A stretch of 64,000 nt of DNA from Ancylonema sp. (lineage: Eukaryota). How positions within the stretch are numbered: the first letter of the stretch is position 1; every line of letters begins with the position of its first letter. A program made the translations under genes and the position numbers. Positions 24,769-36,725 of the stretch are shown here, one piece after another. The notes under the pieces were generated by a model. The model saw nothing but the letters and a program-made list of their open reading frames with translations, was not told the DNA's origin and searched no databases. The stretch covers positions 62,001-126,000 of the forward strand of contig JBFLGF010000007.1 in the NCBI GenBank assembly GCA_050230475.1, given 5' to 3'.

Positions 24769-27700
24769 TGTAGGAATTATATCGGATAGCCATGTTTGCT
24801 AGTGTGCTAGTCCGGACTACCGGTTAGTGTAACCGGTAGGATTCCTAGGGTGAGCTTATACTGAGGGGCCGGACTGATGTCCGGGTACCCGAATATGACG
24901 TTTCGATTGTGCCGTTTGTAGCACGTGCGGTCTAGATGGTTCCGACTTGTCAGACTGTCCGGCATGTGCCGTTGTCAGGATCTGACTTTGTGTTTTGATA
25001 GGCCGACGGTCCGTCGACCGTCGGCACGCTTTGTAGATTCTTGTTTTGGACGAGGCATCGTGGTATACCTACACGATGCCGACCATTCAATAATAATTTC
25101 TTCCAACACAATACTTGTCATTGATCATCATCTTTGAGAGACGAAGTTCCTTGTACGGAAAGATTCACACGATCTTGCACACCTATCACGTAAACGTAAC
25201 ATCGCTAAAAGGTTATGGGCCCACAGGCGGTCCGGTCTAGTTAAAGACGCGCTGTGTCAATAACTACAGGCAGTGATTCGCTGCTAAGAGACTCTGAGGT
25301 TAGTTCTGCTAAGAGACTCTAAGGTTGGGGTTATTAAGTACTGCACGTAATCCTTCGAATTGCGCTGCCAGTGACTGAGGTGTGAGCTGCGTTGCACGAA
25401 ACACGTTCAAGGAAGCAGCTGAGAGCTGATCATCAGATTTTGAGCTGCAGCCTAACATGACGGAAAAATCATACATTCCGGTCTTCACAGGAGCAGACTA
25501 CAAAGGCTGGGCTTTTAAAATTAAGTTCTTGCATGACATTGTCATGGATTGGGGCAAATCCCCGAGGCAAAGCGGAACCTGTCGTGTCTCCACTACTCAC
25601 GCAGAACGAGCTCGATGCACTGGATGCTGCGGACGTCGCTCGAACGGTCACGGCACGCACCCAGCTCATCGGTCGACAGACTCTCCTCGAGAGGTCTGGT
25701 CGAAGAAGAATATCGCGGAATGGCGTACATCGTCAAACACCTCCAGACGGGGGAGCTGACGCATGTGAGGACGAAATTGCGAGACTGCAGCGGATATGTG
25801 GGACGCCCTGAAAGCCTTCGACGACATTCAGGGAGCCATTGAGATCGTCAACGTTGAGGCTGAGCTCACGGCGATTATCATGGGGGAGGCGGAGGACTTG
25901 AGCGACTACGTGAAGCGGCTTTAGGAGCTACATGATCGTCTGGGGCATCCGGGAGAGCCAGTCAAGCCTGCGAAGCAGACGATCAACTTCCTGAATTCCC
26001 TCAACACTCGCTACAGCGCGCGCGTGGAGAGTGTGATGTCTTGGGTGATATCTGCGCCAACACTCTTCACGATCCCTCAGACCGTCAGCACTTTGTTAGC
26101 TGGCGATCGACGGGAGGTCTGCAACGACCGCAAGAGAGGGGTGCTGCCGGGAGGGCAGCACGCTAATTTCGTGGGGAAAGGGGGTTACTCGGGCAGCTCC
26201 CGGAGCTGGCCCAAGTCGACCAGGTGGGAGTGGCGGTCCCGGAAGTCGCGACCTGACGGGAATTCAATGCTACGGCTGCAACCAGTATGGCCACCTGAAG
26301 TCGGACTGCCCTACACGTCCGCCGATGAGGTGCCATGGCGCTGCAACCAGATCGGCCACAAACTGTCGCAATGTGGACAGCAACGGCAAGGGGGAGGTGG
26401 CAGATCGGCTGGCCAGGGAAAGTGGCAGTCCGAAACCCCAAATGCAGATACTGTGATAAGCTTCGGGCATACATTGGTAGAATGCATGAAGCGTAGATCT
26501 GACCTGGCATTGGCTGCACCTGATTTATAATCTTCGTGACCAAGCTCAGGCTCGACTTGTGCTGCACGTTCAGACACACCTTTCGATGCATCCAAATCCC
26601 TAGCTTATGCAGCATTCTCATCTGACGCACGGATTGCCATGGCAGCTGGAACTGATTGCTCGCATTTGCTGTGGCTGGATTCAGGCTCGACCGATCACGT
26701 CTTCACGAACAAAGACCACTTCGTCGAGTACGACACCAACGTCCCGATGCAGCACTCATTCATCCAACGGACGGCACGCCTCACAAGGTCGAGGGCACAC
26801 GCTTCGTGCTTCGAGTGAAGAACGACTCACTCCTTCTTCGTCGTCCCTCTCACTGCTCTGCACCTACATTCGCTGCGACCCTGGTGTCCACCGACTGCCT
26901 CGTCCAGAGAGGTGGGCTGAGCTTTGCCCAGACCCCACATGGTCCTAAACTCACTAAGAATGGACCGAAATGGGCTGATGCCAGCAGGCAGAGGAATGGT
27001 CTGTCATTGCTGCATGCATCTATCATCATGCCTGGTTCATCTGGTTTGCAAGCAAATCTGTCCATAGGCATGCTCTAGCATGGCAAGCTGGGTCACCCTG
27101 GTGTTCCAGCCATGTCAGACATGGCCAGACGTGGAGACATACCGAGACTGAGTCAGGAAAAGTTGACTGAGGTTAGAGATTGTGAGATCTGCTGTATGGG
27201 GAAAACGGGACAGAGGGGGCATGCAATGGCTAGCGATGATGTGGCCACTATGCCAAAAATGGGGAGGTTGCATCTAGATCTGATAGGTCCTTTTGGTGTC
27301 ACATTAATGCACGGAGGGTTTGATTATGCACAGACAGGGATAGAGGTCAATTCTAGACTGTCAACAGTATCTCTTCTCAAGCACAAGAGCGATGCTCTCA
27401 GTCAAAACGCGCATCACTATACATAAATTGGAGGTTGAGTGAGGACTGCCGTTAAAGTCGATCAGGACAGATGGAGGAGGGGAATATACCAGCAAGGAGT
27501 GGAAAGGCTATTGTGAGGATAAAGGCATCAAACATGAACGACTGCCCCCTATAGTCCTCAGCAGAAGGCATGTGGAAAGACTGAACCGAACACTGATGGA
27601 GAAGGAGATGTTTGCTGATGTGGTCTAAACTGCCTAAAGCATACTGGGATGTGGCATTGATGCATGCAAACTGGCTAAGGAACAGGTTCCTCACTAGTTC

Positions 27701-30700
27701 ATTGACAGGGGGGATACCTATTGAGAAGTGGACGGGACGCCAAATCAAACTAGACAGAAGTCACACATTTGGCTGCCTAGTGTATTTAAAAGTTGGGCAT
27801 GATAAAAACAAACAAGGGGACAAGTATGCTGCCACGACTGCTTTTGGGGTATTCATTGGGCTGGCAGCAGATCAAGCTGGTACAACATCTTCGACCCGCT
27901 CAGAGCTGGTGTGATGTGCGGACAGACGTCCGTTTCTTTGAGGAAGTGCCGGGGTACCCGAGACTCATGGGAGGGAAGCTCCCCAGGTCGAGGCCAAAGC
28001 AGATGGACACTTTTTCCAGCTATTCCCCGACACGATGATGAGCCTAAGGCTGAGGGGTGCCAAGACAAGCAGCAATTACAACACTAACGCCAGCGGCAGA
28101 GCCAGCAGCAGAGCCAACAGCAATGCCAGCGGCAGCAGCCGCCCACAACAACCCAGGAGCCCAGATCCCAGCATTACAATTTCCGCCACCACTAGCTGCT
28201 GAGGTCCCAATCGCTGTCATTGAGCTGTCTGACAGCCAATCTGGGATCAACAACGTAGGTGTGGCAGGCGAGGAGGAGGAAGTTCAAAGAGGGGGTGAAG
28301 AGGGGGGGCAAGGGGTGAATGCTGGGAGCATAGCTGAGAGAGTAATGGGGGGAAGGAGGAGGGCAAACTTTTCCCACTTTGGAGATGTCCTCTGATATGA
28401 TGGGGAGGGATGGGGAGGAGTTCGATGACCAAGCACTGGAAGCACCCATTCAAGACGAGGAGTGGGAGGCAACATGCTTCTTCACAGGCCTCAACGGCCT
28501 CTGTGACCTTGGATTCTGCATGGTGTCCATGTGTGCTGACTCCTCCGACCCTCTGACGCTGAACGAGGCCATGACGAGGCCAAACTGGGATCAGTGGTTA
28601 GCTGCTATCCAGGAGGAGCTAAAAAGCTTGGGGGAATTCAACACTTTCGAGCACCAGGTAAAAGGGCTGTGGGGTGCAAATATGTATTCAAAACCAAATA
28701 CACACCCATAGGATCCCTTGAAAGATATAAAGTCAGACTGGTCGCTCAGGGTTTTCTACAACAAGAAGGAGTAGATTATAATGAAATATTCGCACCTGTA
28801 GTAGATAGTACCTCTTTATCTCTTCTACTAGCTATTGCGAATCAAGAGGGTTGGGAAATTGAACAGATGGATGTGGTGACTGCTTTCTTGCACGGAAGAC
28901 TGACCGAAGAAGTATATATGAAAATTCCACCATTCATGGAAATTGAGGGAGGGGCTGAGGGAAAAGTTTTGAGAATGAGGAGGACACTGTACGGATTGTT
29001 GAATCAGAGTAGCAAGGTCTGGGGTGAGATGTTCACAGCCTTCATGCTCAGTATAGGGTTCAAACAGCGCATTGTGGACACATGCATATACACCAGGGGG
29101 ACAGGACAGTCACGAATCATAGTGGGGACCCATGTAGATGATCAGGTGATAGTTGGTCCTAACACCATGGTCATTAAGGCATTTAAACAGGAACTATCTG
29201 GGAAATTCAAAATGAAGGATCTTGGGGCCCTAAACCCATATCCTGGGGGTGGAAGTGAAAAGGGAACAGACAACAGGGGGTGCTCACGTTGCATTCAGGG
29301 AGGGTTCATAAAACAGGTTCTGGAACGTTTTGGCATGGCAAACTGTAACCCCTACAAAACTACCCTTACCACCTGGACTGACATTTCACCAAGAAGATGA
29401 ACCTCTAACTCCCCCTACACCTGAACAAATAACTGAGTTCCGGGGAAAAATTGGGTCACTCATTTATGCAATGAAACACACCAAACCGGATATTGCGCAT
29501 GCACTGGGGGTACTGGCAAAACACATGGGGAATCCTGGGGGACTGCTCACATCAAAGCCTTACACCAACTGTTTAGATATATTTAAGGGGGGAACAGTGG
29601 ATCACGGAATATGCTACGTGAGGCGGACGGAAGAGGTTAGAGATCAGGGGGTACTGTGATGCTAGTTGGAACAGTTGCAGTATGATTGGGAAGTCGGTCA
29701 CAGGGTGGGTCACTACTGTTGGGGGGACTGCATTGAGCTGGAAGTCACAGAAACAGTCTATAGTCGCACAGAGTACACCAGAGGCTGAATATATTGCTGC
29801 TTGTAGTGTGTCTAAGGAGTGCTGTTACCTGTAGTCGCTCCTGCATGAGCTCAAACTCCCTAATGAAATTACAGTTTATAGTGACTCAACAACCGCACTC
29901 TCAATGATCCAAAACCCAGTCCTGCGTCAGAAAGTCAAGCATTTCAATGTGGTGTACCACTGGGTGAGAGAGTGTCACAGAACTGGGAGGCTGAAGTATG
30001 TGTATCTGGCAGGGGCCAATCAACCAGCCGATATGTTCCACTAAGGCTCTTCCACAGGTCTTACTTGACAGACACGGAAAGTCTATAGGTTTTGGGAGGG
30101 TTCACTTAAATGGGGGTGCACATTAAGTAGAGGTTTCGCCATGATATGTTTGGCAGGGGTTGTATGTTCTGTTATTCTTCTTGCAGAATGCACCTGTGGA
30201 GGGCTTTCAACGCTTGTCTATCCAGCTAAGTTACCCCACTCTTTTTCTGCCCTGAAAACACTTAAAGACACCTGAAAAGTTGCAGATCTGTTTGCATCTA
30301 GAGTTGTCAGTTGTTCATGAATTCTGGCACATGTGTTGCCATTCATATTATGTATGTTGTGTGAAAATTTCAGTTGTTTTGGTGAAGTTTTGAGAAAGTT
30401 ATGAAGTTTTGAGAAAGTTATGAAGTTTTGAGAAAAGTTGTGAAAATTGTTTTGAAGTTTTTCAAGTTATTCGGAGAAAACTGCAGAAAGTTGACTTGTT
30501 GGTCATTTTTGTATTGCCCTAACTTGTGGTATTTTTTTGTATGTTCAGGGCTCCGGCCCGAAAAACGACTAAAGATCTGGAGCTATCGACTTCTGGAGTT
30601 CCGATCGGCTTCCGATCGGCTATGATTTTAGATAGGGCCCCCTAGCACATTTGTATGCTAGGGAAGACCTTACTATCCCATGGGCTATGAATGGTTTCGC

Positions 30701-31231
30701 CATGACTTAGCTGTAGATAGGGAGTCCCTTGGTGCTGACTCAATGCCAAACTTGGCATGGCATCCGAGGGGGTGTGTAGGAATTATATCGGAAGCCATGC
30801 TTGCTAGTGTGCTAGTCCGGACTACCGATTAGTTTAACCGGTAGGATTCCTAGGGTGTGCTTATATTGAGGGGCCGGACTTATGTCCGGGCGAATATGAC
30901 GTTTCGATTGTGCCGTTTGTAGCACGTGCGGTAGATGGTTCCGAATCTAGGCGTTATGTCTTGTCAGACTGTCCGTGGCATGTGCCGTTGTCAGGATCTG
31001 ACTGTTGTTGTGTTTTGATAGGCCGACGGTCCGTTCGATACGACCGTCGGCACGCTTTGTAGATTCTTGCTTTGGACGAGGCATCGTGGTATACCTACAC
31101 GATGCCGACCATTCAATAATAATTTCTTCCAACACAATACTTGTCATTGATCATTTGAGAGACGTAGTTCCTTGTACGGAAAGGCAGATTCACACGATCT
31201 TGCACACCTATCACGTAACCCACAGGCGGTC
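24769..31231 (+). mobile_element. Ty1/copia LTR retrotransposon 1, full-length but frameshifted
   Basis: LTRs 24769-25210 and 30775-~31219. PBS GGTTATGGGCCCA at 25211. Gag with CCHC knuckles (~26266-26485), protease WLDSGSTDH, HGKLGH..CEIC, integrase LHLDLIGP and RTDGGGEY, RT RYKVRLVAQGF and QMDVVTAFL, RNase H YCDASW and EAEYIAA. PPT GAGGGGGTG at 30766-30774. Confidence 0.95.
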
Positions 31232-31329
31232 TGGCTGGACCATCGACCACTGTTCGTACTACAACGCCACCAAGCGCTGCAACAACATCCATTTATCGAC
31301 ACAATATAAAAAGTGGGACAGATTCTACC

Positions 31330-32465
31330 ATGGCCAACCCAACGCCACTACCGACATATACTGGAAAAATTGGTGTCAAACAAGACGAGTTTATCGATAG
31401 TTTGAGACAGTTAGACCGAACCCAACAACGCGCACAGCGTATGGGGCATGTACAGTGGGACTCAGTACTTGCAGCATGTGAGTATATGAAAGGAGAAGCT
31501 CATCGAGAATGGCAAAAGTTTGTACGTGACAACCGTGGTACTACTACTACGGAAGATATTCGAGATATATACCGTGAACATAATTCCAATGTCGCATATT
31601 ATCGTCTGCGAGGTAGACTAGATGGACAGCATGCACCGATCAAACCCACAGTATCGGCAGCAGAACCAACAAAACTGGAACTGTTCATCACTACTAATAA
31701 AAATCGTTTTCGAACTTCAGCTGCAGAATTTGTCACTCAGATCGAAACATTTTCAGCACGACCCAACGACAGCGTTGCAACCACATTTGCACGTTTTAAC
31801 GAACCAGCAACAATTGTTCAAGAGGCAGGAGCCATGACAAGAGAACAACTGGCTAGGAGGTATCTACCACATATTCCTCTACCACTACAGCCTTATATCG
31901 ACGACTTGCATTTCCGTGAATCACAGGAAAGGTATTACAGGAATCCACCGGATCCTCTTATTACAAGGACGGAGATTATGGAGAAAGCCAACAAGGCTGA
32001 ATTGCTACGTATGAAACAAGACGCTGAGAGCCGAGCAGCTAGGATCACCAGATCTTCTAAACTACCTTCATACACTCCATCTACTCCATACAATGCTCCT
32101 AAACCAACAGGCGTCTTGACACCACGACACGATAACATCATGGAATGCTATAACTGTCATCAGACCGGACACCTTTCGCGTGACTGTCTTGCACCAAGGA
32201 AACAAAAAACCTTCCAGTCATCAGAGTACCAGTCTGATGAAAATTCCAAAACCAACCACTCCTCAGGATCACAGTTTAAGGGAGGTGCGTACGGTACTGA
32301 AAACATACAATCTTTCAAACCATGCCTCGCCAGTTTGATGCAAAATAGTACACCGCTGATGCATCCTATGAATACTGCAAAGGGAAACACCATACCCGAG
32401 ACCAATGTAAAAAACTTGCCAAGGCACAGAAATCACTAACTCTCAGAACACCACCTAGTGCAGAT
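31330..32465 (+). pseudogene. Gag of the host element (the frame is also open upstream of 31330)
   Basis: Capsid-like helical region and knuckle CYNCHQTGHLSRDC (~32146-32187). After a frameshift, a second decayed knuckle YEYCKGKHHTRDQC (~32368-32409) runs up to the copia 2 insertion site. Confidence 0.8.
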
Positions 32466-35400
32466 TGTTGGAATATTTTGGATAGCCATACCTTATGCTT
32501 GCTAGTCCAATTGTAACCGGTTACTCTAACCGGTAGCAATATTCCTAGATGTGCTTATATGCGGGGCCGGGCCCGATTGTGTCCGGGCACCTGATATGTT
32601 GTCGACACTTAGAGTCGTTATTGCGTGACGTGTTTTGATTGGTTTGTTTTAGTCGTGTCAAGAGTGTCCGGCATGTGCCGTTGACACGTAGATGAGTTGT
32701 CAGACAGCGATAGGCCGACGGTCAATTGTACCGACCGTCGGCACACAACGACATGTAAAACGCATCGGGTATTACCATCCCCGATGCGATCACAATAATT
32801 AATTTCGTTCCACACACGCAACTCTTGTCTCGTTGATCATCAGTGATAGAGATCCTTTTGCGACGGTTCGTTTTGTCGCCCACCAAATCTCGTGCACGTC
32901 TAATCACTCAAAAGCTTAAACAGATACCCAACCAAAAAAAATCGGGTGGAAGACTCCTGAGACGTAGACAAGTTACTTGGCTATGCAAGTAGACGTCTTG
33001 GCACGCCAACGCGAATTCGAAAACATGTCGCACCAGACAACAGACTCTAAGGTAATTGACCATACCATTCCATGTCAATACCTTGGTCAGGTTTACCAGA
33101 GGCATATTGGGATGTTGCACTGTTGCATGCAAACTGGTTGCATGCAAACTGGTTAAGAAACAGAACACCAACTAAGTCGCTTGATGGCAAGATACCGATT
33201 GAAGTCTGGGAGGGAAAGAAGTTAAAAATGAACAAAAGTCATAACTTTGGGTGTGTGGTGCAATATTTAAAAAATAGGCAAGGGGACAAGTTTGCTCCTC
33301 GCACGTGTTTTAGTGTGTTTCTGGGGATGGCTGCGGGGAGTGCAGGCTACAACGTGTTCGACCCTCATTGGGTGGGGGTGATAGCACGCACGGACGTGCG
33401 GTTCTTCGAGGAGGTACCGGGGTACCCGAAACTGCTGGGGGGGGGAGATCCCCAGGTTGAGGCAGCAGCAGAAAAATACTTCTTTTATCTGTTCCCCGAC
33501 ACCGAAGATGAGCCACCAGCAGCACTTGTGCTAGCAGCAGCAGTTCCCCCCAACATGCCAGCAGTCGTGCCACCAATGCCAGCACCAGCAGCTCGAGCAG
33601 CTCCAGCAGCTCTAGCAGCACCAGCCCCAGCTCCAGCTGCCAACAATCTTTAGCACGACGACTTCCATCCACAAGCTGCTGAGGTCCCCATCATTCCGAT
33701 TGAGCTGTCTGACAACGAGTCTGGGATCAACAATGCAGGAGGTGGAGATGCAGGGGAGGAGGAGGTGCAAGGAGGGGGTGCGAACCCAAAAATGGGGGAG
33801 CCAGGCAGCATAGCAGACAGGGTAATGGCTAGACGCAGAGCCAACTTTGCCCAGTATGGCGACATTATGTGATGTGATGGGGAGGAGTTCGACGACGAGG
33901 CACACGCCAACTACTCAGCAACTGAGTGGGAGCCCAGTTGTTTTTTCACTGGCTTCAACGGTCCAGTAGACCCTGGCTACGCCTGCGTCGCATCACCCAA
34001 CAACTCCTCCGAGCCACTCACCCTCAACCATGCCATGAGGAGGCCAGACTGGGACCAGTGGGACAAGCCAGTCGTCGAAGAGCTCGCTGCCTTGGAGACG
34101 TCCAACACCTTTGAGGTGTGTGTTCTTCCTCCAGGTTATAAGGCTGTGGGGTGTCGATATGTTTTTAAAGTCAAAATAACACCTAAGGGGGATATTGAAA
34201 GATACAAAGTCAGACTGGTCGCACATGGATTTTTACAGCAAGAGGGAATTGACTATAATGAAGTATTTGCACCAGTTATTGGCAGTACATCTATCACTTT
34301 ACTCCTCGCTATAGCAAACCACTTTGACTGGGAATTGGAACAGATGGACGGGATAAAAGCGTTCCTGCATGGACGTCTCGAAGAGGAAGTATATATGAAA
34401 ATACCACCACGTATGTATATAAAAGGGGGAGCTGAGGGAAAGGTCTTACGACTAAAGGGTGCTTTGTACGGACTGAAACAGAGTAGCCACGAGTGGCAAG
34501 AAATGTTCAGAAAATTCATGATATCCGAAGGGTTTAAACAATGTGTAATGGATACTTGTATATACATGAGGGGAGAGGGGGACAGCAGAATCATACTGGG
34601 CATTCATGTAGATGATCAAGTCATCACAGGTCCTAACGCAATGGTGGTCAAAACATTTAAAGGGGACATGGGTAAAAAGTTTAAAGTCAAGGATCTGGGT
34701 CCCCCCTAACCCATATCCTGGGGGTGGAAGTGAAGAGGGACAGACAAAGAAAACTGCTCACACTGGGACAGTCAATTCTTAAGGGGAGTTCTAGAACGGT
34801 ACGGAATGCATGAATGTAATCCAACAAAACTCCCACTCGCCCGTGGAACACAGTTTACGCAAGATGATGAACCAAACCTTCCACCAACCCCTGATGAAAT
34901 AACAGACTTTCGAGGAAAAGTGGGATCTCTTATTTACGCCATGAAACAAACCAGACTGGACATCGCATACGCACTTGGGGTACTGGCTAAACACATGGGT
35001 AATCCTGGGGTCGCACACATAAGGGCACTACATCAACTATTCAGATACCTGAAAGGGACTGTCAACCACGGACTGACGTTTGTGGGAAAAGACAGCTAAG
35101 GCTTTGAAGTTAAGGGTTACTGTGATGCATCATAGAACAGCTGCAGTATGACAGGAAAGTCAGTCACAGGATGGGTAACCACGGTTGGGGGAACAACACT
35201 GAGTTGGAAGTCACAGAAAAAGTCTACTGTTGCACAGAGCACTGCTGAGGCTGAATATATCGCTGCCTGTAGTGTATCTAAAGAATGTGGCTATCTCAGG
35301 TCTCTCTTGCACGAAATCAAGTTTCCAAACCATATAACAATCCATACTGATTCTACATCTGCTCTCTCCATGATCCAAAACCCTGTGCAACGACAGAAGG

Positions 35401-36725
35401 CGAAACATTTTAATGTGGTCTATCCCTGGGTACGGGAATGCCACAGCATTGGGAGACTAAAGTATGTGTACCTTGCAGGGGAAAATCAACCAGCAGATAT
35501 GCTAACCAAAGCTCTCCCACAGGTTTTACTGGACAGACACAGCAAAAGTCTAGGTTTTGATCGGATATATTGAACTGGGGGTGTCAGTCTTTTCTTTTTA
35601 TTTTATTATGGAGGTTTCGAATGCCATGCATGTTGGCAAGGGGTGTGTTTTGTGTTTCTTTTATGCAGAAGTTCATATGGGGAGGGTAAAAAAACTTCAA
35701 CTCATCCAGCTAAGTCACACTCTTGCCTTAATACCTCGTAAAGAACACTTAAGAACAACTAAGGACACTTAAGGTCAGATCAGAAAGTGCAGATCTGCTC
35801 GTTTAAAGTTGTCCGTTTGCGCTGAATTTCGAAATGTATGTTTTCATCAATGTTGCAAAACTTGTGTCAAAATTTGGTGCTGATACGTTTGGTATTTTTG
35901 AAGTTATGCTGTTTTGAAGTTTCCAGAGTGGAAAGTACAAAAGTCAAAAACATTATAAAAAGTGAAAAAGTCAAAAATATTTCTTAAGTTTTTTGTTTTT
36001 CGGCCTAACTTGTGGTAGTTGTTTGTATGTTCAGGGCTTCGGCCTGAAAAACGACTACGGATCTGGAGCTATCGATGAAGTTCCGATCGGCTTCCGTTCA
36101 GCTGCATTTATAGGTAGATAGGCCCCCCTAACGCTTGTATGCTAGGGAAGACCACACTACTTCATAGGCTATGCAATGGTTCTGCCATGATTTAGCTATA
36201 ACTAAGGGTAGTCCCATGTCCACATCTATGCCAACTTTAGCATGGGCATCCGAGGGGGTGTGTTGGAATATTTGGATAGCCATAACTTATGCTTGCTAGT
36301 CCAATTGTAACCGGTTACTCTAACCGGGAGACAATATTCCTAGATGTACTTATATGCGGGGTCGGGCACGATTGTGTCCGGGCACCTGATCTGTTGTCGA
36401 CACTTAGAGTCGTTATTGCTTGACGTGTCGTGATTGGTTTGTTTTAGTCGTGTCAGGAGTGGTCCGGCATGTGCCGTTGACACGTAGATGTGAGTTGTCA
36501 CTCAGCGATAGGCGCCGACGGTCAATTGTACCGACCGTCGCGGCACACAACGACATGTAAAACGCATCGGGTATTACCATCCCCCGATGCGATCACAATA
36601 ATAAATTCGGTTCCACACAACGCAACTCCCCCTGTCTCGTTGATCATCAGTGATAGAGATCCTTTTGCGTACGGTTCGTTTTGTCGCCCACCAAATTTGC
36701 ACGTCTAATCACTCAAAAGCTTAAA
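32466..36725 (+). mobile_element. Ty1/copia LTR retrotransposon 2, rearranged (no PBS, gag or protease)
   Basis: LTRs 32466-32920 and 36261-36725 with TSD CAGAT. The internal part starts in integrase (WSGLPEAYWDVAL at 33084), then RT (RYKVRLVAHGF, LYGLKQS, HVDD), RNase H (STAEAEYIA, QPADMLTK) and PPT GAGGGGGTG. Confidence 0.93.
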
